Positions 50,801 to 63,603 of a stretch of 64,000 nt of DNA are shown here, piece by piece. The notes under the pieces are model-generated. The model had not been told where the DNA came from and made no database searches. It saw nothing but the letters and a program-made list of their open reading frames with translations. The DNA lies in assembly GCF_018350175.1 (NCBI RefSeq), contig NC_058380.1:91636001-91700000 (forward strand), read 5' to 3'. The position numbers and the translations under genes are program-made. The DNA comes from Felis catus (lineage: Eukaryota). Numbering within the stretch: position 1 is the first letter of the stretch; every line of letters starts with the position of its first letter.

Positions 50801-53800
50801 GACTGGGCTCAGCTCGTAGGGGAGCTCCGTCCCCACAACACCCCCGACCCCACCTGCGCCCGAGACTTGAGAGCTCGGTGTCAGGAAACGCGCTTGTGGA
50901 ACCCACAGGCCCGAGAGAAGGGGCCACCTCCCAGAGGCCTCCAGCACCCCCACGTCAGGCCCATCGGTGCACACGGCTCCGAGAGAGACTCCGGCTCAGA
51001 CACAGAAGCGGAGAAGCAGGAGCAGCGTCACGCTGGAACTCAAGGTGCCATCCCTGAAATCCCAGCTCCGAGGCCCCGTGATGCCCTGAGGCCCGCCCAG
51101 ACTAGCCCTGGGGGCCCCGGGCCCAGACCTTGTTACTCAGGGCCTCGATCCTGTCCTGGTCCAGTCGGTGCTGCCGGCCACAGGCCTCGGCGGTCATGGC
51201 CACCCTCTCCACCTCCCGGTTCAGGACGCAGACGATGTTCTCGAAGGTGGCCGTCTTCCTCTCCAGGGCCTCACACCGCTGCCGGAGCTCCGCGGCCTTG
51301 GGGAGCTCGGCCTCGGGGTGCAGCGTGCCGGCCTCCCAGCCCCCGACCTCGCCTTGGCCCAGGAAGCGGCCATCGGCCCCCGACGGGTGCCTGGCCTCCA
51401 GGAGGCCGCCCAGCAGCATGGCCAGGTGCTCCCGGAGCCACTGGGCCTCGTGCTGCTGCTGCTTCTCACTCTCCACCTGCAGAGGGAAGACGGGGAGGCT
51501 CACGGCGCCGCACCGGCACTCGGCTCGGAGCCAGAGCCCCACGGACGTGCCGCAAGGTGCGGCGACACCTCCGCGTCATTCACTTGCCGGCACGTCACCT
51601 GTCGCTGGTATCACTGTCTTTCCAAAATCCAAACCTTCCTGGTGACTTGTCTGCTTTTATGTGAAGCAACAGGAAAGAAGACACGGTTTAAAACTGCCCG
51701 GGGTGGAGGGTGGGGGGGACCAGTAAAGCGAAGCTTCTTCAAATCCTCTTTATTGTACGGTTCTGACCCGGCAGCCAATTTCTCCTGAGACTTCACGACA
51801 GATTTAAAAAAGTTAAAATGCTCCCGAAACACCAAACGAAGGAAAGAACAGAGGCCCCGTGAGGCACAGCACAGCGCCCAGGGCGCAGCTCCCCAGCGGG
51901 GCTCTGACGGGACGCCCCTGCCAATCTGGAGGGGCGTGTGTGAGGCCTCAGGTCAGGATGAGGCCAACGGGCTCAAGACGACACGCGCCCTCAGCGGCAA
52001 TCGCACTCAGGTCGCGGTGGGCTCTGGCCGCTGGAAGGACGGTGGCTGCGGCACCCGGGGCCAGGCCTGGCCTCGGGCGGTGCCCAGGACGGGGGGCCCA
52101 GGGCCTGCGTGGGAACGGACTGCCACCACGTCACCAAACAGTGAGCAACGGTGGGAGGGGACACCAGACACCGGGTGTCAAGGCACCAGGTGACAGCACA
52201 GCCGGGGCTACCACCCCTGGAAGTTTCTGAGGAACAGAGCACCAGCCGTTCCCCAGGCCCTCAGAGAGCCCCTTGGGGGACAGACGGTCAGGGAAAACGG
52301 TAGAGGCCAAGTGGACGGAGAACCGCCCAGGCCTGAGGGAGCTGCACGGAAGCTGACAGGTCAAGGTCCTGAGGCGGGAACGGGTCAGTGTGCCCAAGGA
52401 CGGCCAAGCCAGTGACTGGTGCAGAGACAACGTCAGAGGCAGCCAGGGCCACACAGGCCACGGAAGTAGGGGAGGCAGGTGGGTCCAGGACCTGTGTGCA
52501 GGCAGCACGGATCTCTGGCTGCCCTGGATGTGAGGCCGGTGACACGAGGTGCTCTTTTTGGGAAGGCAGAAAAACAGGGCGGGGTGGGGGGGGGGCACGT
52601 GTCACAGTGTGCGGCCGAGGCCAGAAACGCCCACCAGACACCAGGGAGGTACAAGGCCCTGGGCATTTTCAGCAGAGGGACGCGAGCCCTGACTGAGGCT
52701 GGGACACCTGACGACCAAGCAGGTGGACAAGGCAGCAGAAACGGGAGGGAAACCAGGAGGCCAGTCCGAAGGCTCGGCAGATCCGGCATTCGGGGAGAGG
52801 GCACGCGGCACGCTTCTGCAGGCTCCGCCCACTCACGAGGATCGACGGGCACCCGCCCAGCCCCCAGCGGACGGACCCAGGGCCCACGGGACTCACCATC
52901 TCGGGGCAGCCGACAGCACGGAACCTGCACGGGACTCGGCATCTGCCACATGCCCGGACGTGGTCCTGGAACTGGGAGGACGGACGCCGTCGGTGCCCTT
53001 ACTCTCTCCTCCCTGCCACCGCGCCCTCCCCGGACCCCACCCCCACCGGCCCGGCCCCTGCGGTCTCAGGCTGAACACGGCCCACAACCCACCACAGGTG
53101 TGCACGTACACGCGCACGCACACATGGCCACGTGGCCTGTGCGTGTCAACGAAGGGAGGTGGGTGCAGGCCAAGGGCTTCAGAACACGCGCAGACGCCCA
53201 GCCCCGTGCTCGGGCCTCTGCACCCCAGTCTCTCCACCACAGCTCGTAGGACACGTTGTGTCGAGGGCCCCCGGGCCCTTGGGAGCGAGGAGGGGCCGGC
53301 CTGACCGGGAGTCAGACGCCCACGACGGACCAGCGCGGTGCTGGCACACGACAACGCCGACGCCGACAGGCGCGGAACCCAGAGAGCCCGGCCGTGCACA
53401 CGCCGGGCACTGACACGGGCGGCACGTTCCGCCAGCAAAGACCAGGGCGGAGGGGGGCACTCGTAAGCGGGCAAGGGCGAGCGGTCCCTCTGCCTCCATC
53501 TGCCAGGGCCGTGGAAGAGAGGGACCGTCAGAGCTACGAATGCCAGATAAAAACAAATGAAACGTTAAACTAAGAAAAAGGACAGGGGACCGTGGCCCAA
53601 CCCACCGCTGACACTTAGGGCGTCAAACACAGAGAAAAGGAGCACGGAGTCTCCCCCCGTTGCAAGAGGCGGGCGGGAGTCCCGATGTTCCCGGTCAGGG
53701 ATGAGGGCCAGCCCGGAGCGAACAGCTCCCAGCCTGGCTCACGCCGGGAGAGAGGGGAACTGGGAGTCCCGAGAGCCCCTATCTGCCGCCACCGCGGGGG

Positions 53801-56800
53801 TCTGTCACGGTGCCTGTGGGCGGGGCCTGCGCTCGGCCAGTCAGCACACTTTCCCCGGTTTCCACTAGGCACCCGCACGACCGGTTTACAAAAGTCGAAG
53901 CCCACTCCGTCTGTAAAGGGCGATCTCAGACTAGAAAGCCGAGGCGGACGGCAGCTCAGCACCGAGACGGCCTCCCGGGGCCGCCGGAGCAGAGGCGTGC
54001 GCGTGAGTCCCAGAAACGAGGCCGCCGGCGTGGTCCACGACCGACACTGTGAAAGCAGCCGTAGGCCGGGGCGGCACACGTAAGCCACCAGGCCGAGGGG
54101 ATCCGGCACCGAGATGCTCCGCGGCAAGAGGGCCGAGGTCACATGGAATCAGGCAAAAACCCGAACTGGAAGCGTCAGTGTGAACCCACAGCGCGTTCTG
54201 TCTTTACAGGGAGCTCGGAGCCTGCCCCCGGCCCTGCGGGGTCCTGGATGCAGGTGAGCGTGTGCGCAGGGGTGAGACCGAGCGGCGGCCAGGATCTCAG
54301 GCGTGTGCGACTTCTCCCGGGCCGGGTCGCTTCCATCGTGGGAAGCGTAACAGAAGAGCGGCCCACGGGCCACCACTGAGCACGGGGCACAACGCGCACG
54401 CCCCCGCCCCGTCGTCACAGGCGCCAGGAAACCACTTACTTTCTCGCGGGAGATCTTCTTCTTGCCACAGCCGTCACAGGTCAGGGGGAACTTGGGGCAG
54501 ACTTCGTGGTGCGCCTGAAAGACAGCGGTCAGGAGCCGGGGCGTGCGTGAGGTCACCCTTGCCACCTCGTGGCCTCGTTCCGGGGTCGTGGCTCCCGAGA
54601 CCCGACGGGGCAGCTCCCACAGGCACTCGCAAGTGTCACTTGGGAGGGTCAGAGCAGAACCCCCTCTTCTCCATCTGGCAGCTCGGGGCCACGTGAGGAC
54701 AAGCCGTCCACGGCGACCGCGGCAGAGCACCGCTGCTGGTCACCCGAACTGAAACCAGGCCACTGAGGAGCAAGGCCGCGGGACGTTGAGACCCTGGCCC
54801 TGTGAGCGGCCAGATGCCCCGCGAGTGGACGCACTCGGGCCTCTGGACCGGATGGCCTACAGAACGGGGGTCTGAGGGGCACAGCAAGGACAGACGTGCA
54901 GCCCAGCTTCTTCAAGGAACAGCGGCAAAAAAAAAAAAGAAAAAAAACAAGCAGCCCCGCAGAGCACAATTAAAGAGACCTTGCAGACGCATCATCAAGA
55001 TGCAGCGTGGGGACCGTCTGGACCCCGATCCCGACAAATCAGATGTCGGGAGACACGGGCACCAAGTGAGCCGGGGATGGCGGGGAGTCGCCGCTGAGAC
55101 CCGGAAGGGACGGTGGCATGTGCAGCGGTCTAAGGGCAAACGTGCTCAGAAACACATTCTCAAAGTCTCCAGAAGACACGACACAAAGCCTGGGACCCCC
55201 CCTAGCAAGCAGGGGGAGCCACGTGGCGCCAGGCGCGTGGGGACACGGGCACGCTCCCGGGAGGGTGGCCCGGGCCTGGCGCTGCGGCTCCCTCCGCGTG
55301 AGTTTTTCTGAAATAAAACGGGTTTTTAAAACCACTCGGCAATGCCTTCAGATCCGCCCGAGTTCCTACCAGGCACCTTCCACCCAGCTGGCTGCGAGCG
55401 ACGGACCGGTGGGACGCGGCGAAACGCCACAGCGGCCGCGACGGCGGGCCGGCAGGCTCAGCGTTGGGGCTCGAGGAGCGAGGGGAGCCCTGCCGGACGC
55501 CCTCACCTTCAGGTCGGCCCAGCAGCAGGGCGCCCGGCAGTGCCTGCAGCTGAGGCTCCTCTCCGGGCACTCTTGTTCCGAGTGCCGCTCCTTCTCCCCG
55601 AGGCGAACCAGGCCTCTGCACGCCGGGCACTCGGTCAGCATGAACGGGCAGTGTCCTTCGTGGCAGCTCTGGCAACAAAGGGAGCACGGCGTCAACAGGG
55701 CACGCGGCGGACACGGTGCGCACACAGCCGGCCGTCCCGGCTGAGGCTCCGCTCAGGCTCCGACGCCAGGCGCCGGGCCCCGTCCCGAAGCCGCGAGCAC
55801 CGGGCACTCATCCGCTCCGACGCCCGTGTTCCAGGTGAGACCGGAAAGGGGAGGGCGGGGGACTCCACGCTAGCTGGCTGCACCCCACCCACGTGACACC
55901 CCAGGGACATCCCACCCCGTCGAGGCTCCAGACTGACATTCAGGGACAACGGGATCACTGGCCAGAGAGTGAGAAGGGCCACGGAGCCCAGGCCGAGGCG
56001 GAGGGCCGGGAGGGCGGAGGGACGAAGCCGGCCTGCTGGGTGCAGGGCGGCCAGGCCCGGAGTGGGGCAGGTTCTCGGTGGACAGGAGGCACAGGAGCGA
56101 CGAGGGCTGATGTGCTGGGAGGACGGACCACAGCGGCCAGACCGAGCAGAAGAGGACGGGGAGCCCACCCGCTCATCCCACGCCCGCGCCGACAGCCCAC
56201 AGGCAGTGGGCCCGGGGAGGGCACGTGCCGACCCAGGGAGGCAGGGCCCGGCCCGGGGTCCCCCAGCGCGTAGGAGGAAGGTGCAGTGAGGAGGGCGGGA
56301 TGTGCTGTCTCCCGGCTGGAGCCACAGAGCCACAGAGCCACGAGCAGGGGAGAGTCGAAACCGGTTGGAACCCGCTGAACCTCAGCTGGAGGATGACGCT
56401 GTGGGAGGGGCTTGGGGCAGAGAAGCCGGTGGGTGGGGGGAAGGTGGGAGAGGCAGCAGTGCCCTCAGGGCGCCGGTCCCTGACCAGCCTGGCACTCCCT
56501 GCGGGCGTGGCGCGAAGTTCCCAGCAAGGGGAACAGCAGAGGGGAGCCGGGTGGAGAGACCTCGAGGTTTGTCTGCCGTCCTTTTTATTGTGTCAAAACA
56601 CGCACGACACAAATTTATCATCTTAACTGCTTTTAAGGGCATCGAGCACATTCACGTTGTTGTGCGTCCGTCCCCAGAACTACTCATCTTCCCAGACTGG
56701 ACTCTGTCCTGTGACACACGGCCCCTCCCCTCCCCTCCCCCGCCCCCGCGGATCCGCCGCCTCCAGGGCCTCCGGTAAGCGTCCACTCCTACAGGACGTG

Positions 56801-59800
56801 TCCCCTGCGATGGGCTACTCTCAGCACGGTGCTAAGTTGTAGGTAGGACACACGAGGCCACGTCAGGGACAACGTGGGGCCTGCTGGGCAGGGAGGCAGA
56901 GGTGGCTGCGAGAGGAAAGTTCTGCACCAGCTAGAGCAGAAGCAGGCTCGGCCACTCCAGCGAGGTTCAGGCTGGGCAGCTCGGGGCTGCGATGCCCGAG
57001 GGGCGTGGTCTTTGGGGTTTCCCTGCAGAATCCCGGTTGTGGGGTACCTGAGGGGAGCAGGGGAGCCTCCGACCTGCTCTTCCCTGGGGAACAGGGTGGT
57101 CGTGTCTCCGTCCCGCGCCAGGGGCCTGGCCGTTGGCGCCAAAGCCCAGCGTGTACAGGGCAGAGACCACGGGTGAGCCCCGGGGAGGCGGAACGCGTGC
57201 GGTGTCCTTCCCGCACGGCGTGGAAACTTTGGATGTCACGTCCGGTGGCGCCCACGCCTCCTCGCGGACCCCACGTCACCAGTCTCCCGGGGCAGGCACC
57301 CCTGCCCTCTGACTTCCCACGGGGACACATACAGACCAGATGCTACATTCCCAGCCAGCCTCCCTGGTGACCCCGCGGCAGCGCGACAGAGCACCCCATA
57401 TGCTGCCAGGTGAGGTCCCAGCCTGTCCAAAGAACACGTCGTGGACTGCCCGGCTGCACAAAGCCCGGGTCCTCACAGCCTGCGCCCGGCCTCCCTGAAG
57501 CGCCCCCACAGCCCCTGGGCTCCTCCGCTGCCTGCCCACAGCTGCTCGAAGGCTCCCGGCTGGGCACACGGCCCGGTCCCCCACCATCCACCCGCACTTG
57601 CCGCAGGGTCCGTGGGGCGCTGGCAGGTGGATGTCACATACCCCACCACGATCCAACAACAGGCAGCGCCCGGAGCCACACCAGGTACACCATAAACACT
57701 CGAAATGAACCAAGGACAAGTCTCAGAAATGATCACGGCTCAGAGTGGGAAAGATACAGCGACCACAGCTGAGGTGCTTGGATTTCATTAAAGGAGTGTT
57801 AACACATAACATGGGAGTCCCCAAGGGAAGCACAGAGCAAGCGGGCACCCCCGGGAGGGCTGAGGGCACGCAGCCCCCTGCTGACGGCCGCCCCTGGGCC
57901 CGGCTGACGGTGGAGGCCTGAGTTCATCATCCCAGGGCCTCTGTGGAGCAGGCACTCGGCACCACCACCCTCGAGGGATCAGAGGGACCGCCTTCACGTC
58001 CACCCAGGGAGAAGCACACGCCTTGGAGAAATCAGCCTTTACTCGACCAGAATTCAAACTAAGTGTCTCGGTGAAAAGAGCTGTGCTGACTCTGAATTCA
58101 CAGGGACGTGCGGGACATCAAGCAGGCTTTCAAGTGTGACCACTAGTCACCCCTGTCCCCCATCCCGCCTTCAGCGGAGAGCTTCCCCCCTGCCAGCCGG
58201 CCCCTCCTCTGCCTCCAGCCGCAGGCTCCTGCACCCGCCCCCAGAGAAACGGCCCTGGGGCTGTGCACACGGGCACCTTTGGCACCTGGCAGGCGCCCCA
58301 CTGACATCTTTGAACTGGAGTTTTAAATTATTGGGTTCTTAGAAAATACCAGGCGTTATTGCAAAGGAAAAACATATTCAGAGGCTAACCGGGACTCTCC
58401 GAACAGCTCAGCCACAGCGCCAGCATTTCACAACACCACTGGTCCCAGCCCCGCAAAGGGCAGCGAGCTGGCTCAGAGAGGAGGGCGGTGTGCACAGAGG
58501 CCTTGATCTCACCCAGGCCCGTGACGTTCACAGCCAGGGACAGGGTTTACCAAAGGCCAGGCCCAGTGTCCCAGAGCAGCGCCCGCCCTCCCACATGACC
58601 AAACCCACCCTCTCAGGGACTTTCCGGGGCTCTCCGGGCCAGCCAGGGACTTTCCAGCCTGCATGCCTGCAGGGCCGTGGCCGAGCCCACAGGCTGGCTG
58701 CGGTCCCTGGCCCTCAGCCGGAGGCCCACGAAGCCACCGCCCACCCACACCGCGGGCCTGGAGGCAGCAGAAACCGGCCTTCCAGACCGGGAGGTGGGGG
58801 GGGGGGGAGGTATTCCACCTGTCCCCAGGGGGTCTCTGGGTCCCTGCAGAAGGCAGCACAGCCCACTGTGCCTACTTCCTGGGCCCACCAGCCCCCAGAG
58901 CCTGCTCGGGCTTCCCACCCTCCCGGGAGAGACCCCAAACCCCAAGGCCTGCTGTCGGGACAGCCCCGGGCAGTAACGGCTGCAGGCCTGTGGTGCTGAG
59001 CAGGGCCGCCCCGCTGTGCGGGTACGGCCGGGAGCCTCTGGGTCTCACTCCCAGGAAGGCAGCAGTGAGGGTGCAGGGAGCCGAGAGCTGCTCCACTCGA
59101 GGCCCCAGGCGCCTGCTGGATGGACAGCACGTCTCACCTTCCCCACCAGACGCTCCTCCCTGGGCACGGCCAAGCCGCTCCCCTGGAAACACGCGGCTGA
59201 GAGCCCGAAGACCAAAAAGGCTAGTGGGTCAAGAGAACGAGGGAAGGACGGCACACAGGCCGGGAGCCCGGGTCCCAGTTTCAGACCCGATGGGCCCTCC
59301 CTCACCGTCACGACTCAGTGTCCAGGGCCCACCCCACGACGGGGCTGTCCCGGGGCCCGGGGCAGGCCTAGCTCCTGAGCCTGAGCCTAGGAGAGCCAGG
59401 CTTCCGTACCCACAGCCTCTCCGGCCTCGCCTACGGGGCTGCCCATCTGGGAGCCCCACCTGCCGCTCCACGCCAGTCCCGACCTCTTGTCCTGGCGGCG
59501 GACAGGTTGCGCTGTTTCAGGGCTGTCACGGGAGTGGATGGCCACAGGACCGGTCCCCTGAGTTGGGCTCCTCCCACTGAACGGAGTACCCTCAAGGTCT
59601 GTTCATACGTGTCACCATTTTGTTCCCTCCCTTTTACGGCTGAATCCTCTTCCGTGGTGTGGACTGACCACGTCTCGTCTGTCCCACCGTCAGCTGGCGG
59701 ACGCTTGGCCGCCATGCCATTTGTGCACAAGTGGGCTGCGCCAGTTAAGAGGACGGCCGAGCGAGCGAGCGAGCCGTGGACGCCGCACGAGGGCGGGCAG

Positions 59801-61768
59801 GGCCGGTCACACAGAGGCCCCGCTGTACCAACGCAGGCACGCACACTAGCCTTGCCTGGCTGGGACAGGCCACGGCAAGATGGGGACAGCAGCCACCGCC
59901 CTGTCACTGGCCAGATGCCTTTCTGTGACCGCAGATCGAACGTGGCTACTCCCGCAATGTCCAACGTCTAGACGGCTCGAGAAAAGAAAGCCCTAGTCTG
60001 AAGACTCACGGAAAAATCCCACCGAGCAAGAAAGCTACTTTCCTGCACGTTCAGCCCCGCAGAGCCAGCACAAGGTCCTAGCGCACCCGGCCGCCTCGCT
60101 GCCACCCGCCACAGCCCTCCACAGCGGAGGACACCGGGCCCGGTCAGGTGCAAGCCCCACCTGAGGCCACAGTCCCCAGGCCCCTGGGTCCACACGCGGG
60201 TCGTCAGCAGCCGCCGCCTCCTCTGCAGACGTCAGCCAGGCTCGCAGCCGGCAGGCTCACCGAGGGCTCTGCGGGCTGCTTTGGGGACGGGGTCCAGGCT
60301 CGAGGCCGAGCCGGGGCGGGGGCCCCTACCTCATACTCCTTAAGGGTCCCCTTCCAGGTGCAGCCGTCGCTGGGACACACGGCCGGCAGGCTCTCCACCT
60401 CCCTGCGCGCAGCGTTGTCCGGGAACGCCTGAGGACAGCATTCCTAGGTTAGGCCTCCACCCGCTGCCCCCTGCCTGCCCTGCCGCCAGCCTTCCAGAAC
60501 GAGGCCCAGCGGCAGACGCAGCAGCTCCAAGCTCTAGCGGCCACCGGGGCAGCGAGGGCGGGTCCTAGCTGCCAGAACGCCATGAGGCCATCGGTGTCAC
60601 TAAAAGAAACATCAAAACGTTTTCTGTGTTTTGACGTTTTTTGCTTAAAGACTTTCACTTACCGAACCGCTTTCCAAAATAGAAATGCCCTCTTCGTATA
60701 TGCCTTCGTGAACACAGGCGGCACAGTTCTGAGGCCCGGAGCTGGGGGGAGAAGCGAGGGGCCGGCCATCAAACCCGCTGCAAAGAGCAGAGAGCACTAG
60801 GCCGCCCGCCCAGCGCCACTCCTCGCCCCCATTCTGCGCTTTCTAGACTGAGACGGAATCAGGGAGGAGCACGCGTCGACGTCCAATGTTTAAGACATTT
60901 AGGGGTGCCTGGGTGGCTCAGTGGGTTGTGTCCGACTTTGGCTCAGGTCACAATCTCGCGGTCTGTGGGTTCGAGCCCCGCATCAGGCTCTGCGCTGACA
61001 GCTCGGAGCCTGGAGCCCGCTTCGGATTCTGGGTCTCCCTCTCTCTCTCTGCCCCTCCCCTGCTCATGCTGTCTCTCAAAAACAAACCTTAAGAAGGAAA
61101 CAAATAAATAAAAACAAAATACTTAAAGCAGGGGAGAGGATTCCAATCCTCTAACGGTGACCCTCCCGCTGCGAACAAAAGTGCTCTCTGGTGGCTCAGC
61201 CGGGCGCCCAGGCGTGAGGTGCTGGCTCCCTGGGCCCACCCACCGGCCCTCGGCATGCCAGTGGCCCTCAGACCAGACTTCACAAGCTCCTGGGGACATG
61301 TGCCTCCAAGGCACACGCAACATGAAGCCCAAGTGAGATTTTCAGCTGTCTTGTGCCCACCTGACACGCACGGACACCCACGGAGCAGTGGCAGCAGACG
61401 GGCTCTCGTGGTGTTCGTTTCACTCCCTGTGTCCACGCTGCCCCGGCAACCCGCGACTCCTCCTCTTCGGTCGCTAACTTCACTTTCCTATCTGCAGTGC
61501 GCCTCTGCCTTCGGGGGGTGTCGCCGGGAGCACGGCCCGACCCGAGGCCAAACCCGCCACCCGCCACCGGCCCCCAGTACCTCAGGATGCTGGTCAGGCA
61601 GTAGGAGCAGTAGCGGTGGCCGCACTGTGCCTGGAAGGGCCTGCGCAGGACGTTCCTGCAGGCCGAGCACAGGTACTTGTCCTCTGGCTTGGTCCCCAGC
61701 AGGGTCTTTGAGAAGCCGGGCTGCAACACGTCTAGGGAGCCGGGAGGGGTCACGCTGGCCGCAGCCAT
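47815..61768 (-). CDS. TRAF2: TNF receptor-associated factor 2, 523 aa
   Basis: Coding exons 61768-61581, 60741-60663, 60428-60330, 55668-55507, 54514-54440, 52971-52897, 51476-51129, 50644-50467, 48771-48623, 48033-47815; 1572 nt. RING (CSACRNVLRRPFQAQCGHRYC), TRAF zinc fingers, coiled coil, MATH domain ([37 protein letters not shown]), ends IKAIVDLTGL*. Exon 2 starts at 61790; non-coding exon 1 is outside the window. Confidence 0.97.
48955..49154 (+). mobile_element. Can-SINE (older)
   Basis: GGGGCGCCTGGGTGGCTCAG head, CAGGTCATGATCTCAC, diverged body. Confidence 0.9.
49165..49432 (+). mobile_element. Young felid SINEC_Fc with perfect target-site duplication
   Basis: Near-consensus, CpG-intact body; long patterned A tail; AAAAAACAGCATTTCT at both 49149-49164 and 49427-49442. 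Confidence 0.95.
56580..56770 (-). mobile_element. L1MB-like 3' end (antisense)
   Basis: TTTTTATTGTG...AAATTTATCATCTTAAC...ACATTCACGTTGTTGTGC...CCAGAAC...CATCTTCCCAGACTG. Confidence 0.7.
58616..58655 (+). promoter_or_regulatory. Tandem NF-kB site cluster in TRAF2 intron 4
   Basis: GGGACTTTCC at 58616-58625 and 58646-58655, plus GGGGCTCTCC at 58626-58635. Confidence 0.6.
59570..59950 (-). mobile_element. Old L1M 3'-region fragment (antisense)
   Basis: CCTTTTACGGCTGAATCCTCTTCCGTGGTGTGGACTGACCAC...GCTGGCGGACGCTTGG resembles a GC-shifted L1 antisense consensus. Confidence 0.55.
60902..61120 (+). mobile_element. Can-SINE
   Basis: GGGGTGCCTGGGTGGCTCAG...GGGTTCGAGCCCCGC...GAGCCTGGAGCC, CT tract and A tail. 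Confidence 0.9.
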
Positions 61769-63341
61769 GGGAGCCGCGAACCGCCACGTCCTAAGGAAGA
61801 GCACAGAGCAGGAGAGGGTCACGCAGGGGCCTAAGAGCCGCCTCGACTGCAGAATAACCCCCCGCGGAAAATGGCCCTCGCCCGGCGGTGAGGGGTCGGG
61901 GTCGCCAAGCCGAACAGCGGTCTAGAATCGGAGAACCAGGATTTCGGCACCGCGGGGAGCCCTGCGGACAATCTAGTCCCATCTCCCACCACAAACCCGG
62001 AAATCGAGGCTCGGCCAGGGTGGCGCTCTGCCCACGCCGCACAGCTGCGCCAGCACGCCCACTCCAAAGCCCCCAGGCCAACAGGCCGTCCTCAAGGTCA
62101 CCTGGCCCAGCTCGCTGACCCGCAGACAGAGCGAGTGCCGGCATCCGGGGAGGCCGCCTTCTGGCTGCACAGCCATCGGCAGCCCTTATCCTCGTGCCTT
62201 CCTGTCTCCCCCAGACCTCCTACAGATCAGCCTGGCGGGCAGGAAACTCTGACCTGCCTGTGCCCGGGCCCTAGGCAGCCCCCAGGACGCGGCCACCCCA
62301 CGCGTCGGCCTCTCCAACGTCACCCCTGACAGCAGGCACGCAGCCTGCCGGGCACCACCGCTCTGCTCCCTGGCCACCATCACCAGGGTGCCCCCTCTAG
62401 AGAGCTGCCCGCTGCTGTGCACCAGGCCTCGCCAAGGCCCCCAGGACACACGAGCTGGACAGGGGAGAGGCTCCCACAGTGTTCTGACCCCTTGCATGGG
62501 ACGCACAGATCAACAACCAGCATCTCAAAAAGCCAGAGGGAACCGTACCTGCTAACCCTCCAAGCTGGACGAGTACCCAGGTGCCACCTGAACACACAGC
62601 ACTTTGACCTCAGAGCCACCCTGGCCCGTTTGCAGTCGCTCCAAAGAGCTTTCTTCCCCAAACGCCCCTGGAAACATACCCCCGTGTCTTCTCATGGACG
62701 TGCGTGGGGAACACGCCAACTTTCGAACCAGGATGTTCTGAAATGACACCTCTTTCCAACGTTCGTGGGGCTGTCTTCCCTGTCCTAAGCTGGTGTGACA
62801 CCACAGGAAGCAGCAACAGATGGTGTGCCCCTGCCTCCCATCTGCCGGGCACAGCCACTTTCAACCAAGGCTTCTGGACTTGTAGTCGGCGAGGCCTCGC
62901 TTGGGCCGCGTGCCAGAGCACACAGGCATTTGCTCCTCCAACCACAGGACATACGAGGTGTCGTGCCCGAGGCCACTTGGCAGGAGGCCACGGCGCCCTC
63001 TCACGGGTCCACACACTCTCAGCACGTGTGGGCGTGTCTGGGCCCCTGCCCCATCCATCTGTCCCTCTGACAAGCGGGGGAATTCACTCTCTCGAGCCCG
63101 ACGGCACACAGAAGCGCTACGAGGCGCCACTTACTAAAGCCTTTCGGTAGACACGGACAGTGCAGGCCAGGGCAGCCGAGGAGGGAGGACCCCTCAGCCC
63201 ACGCCTCTCAAGGCCACGTCCGGATGTGCTACACAGAAGCACTACCAAGAGCGAAGGGCTCGTGAAAGTCCACTTACTCTCACGAGGTGATTTCACGAGC
63301 CATCAATGACGTACAAATCAATGCTCTAAACTACGTTAGCA

Positions 63342-63510
63342 GGGGCGCGCCTGGGTGGCTCAGTCGGTTAAGCGTCTGACTTCCGCTCAGGTCATGATCT
63401 CGCGGTTCGTGGGTTCGAGCCCCGTGTCGGGCTCTGTGCCGACGGCTCGGAGCCTGAAGCCTGCTTCGGATTCTAGGTCTCCCTCTCTCTCTGCCCCTCC
63501 CCCACTCATA

Positions 63511-63543
<33 letters not shown>

Positions 63544-63603
63544 TCTTTCTCTCTCAAAAATAAACGCTAAAAAAATTTTAAAAATCACTGGTAAAAAAAA
63601 AAG
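63342..63603 (+). mobile_element. Can-SINE with internal (CA)n microsatellite (about 63511-63543)
   Basis: GGGGCGCGCCTGGGTGGCTCAGTCGGTTAAGCGTCTGACTTC head, B box GGTTCGAGCCCC, A tail. Confidence 0.92.
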
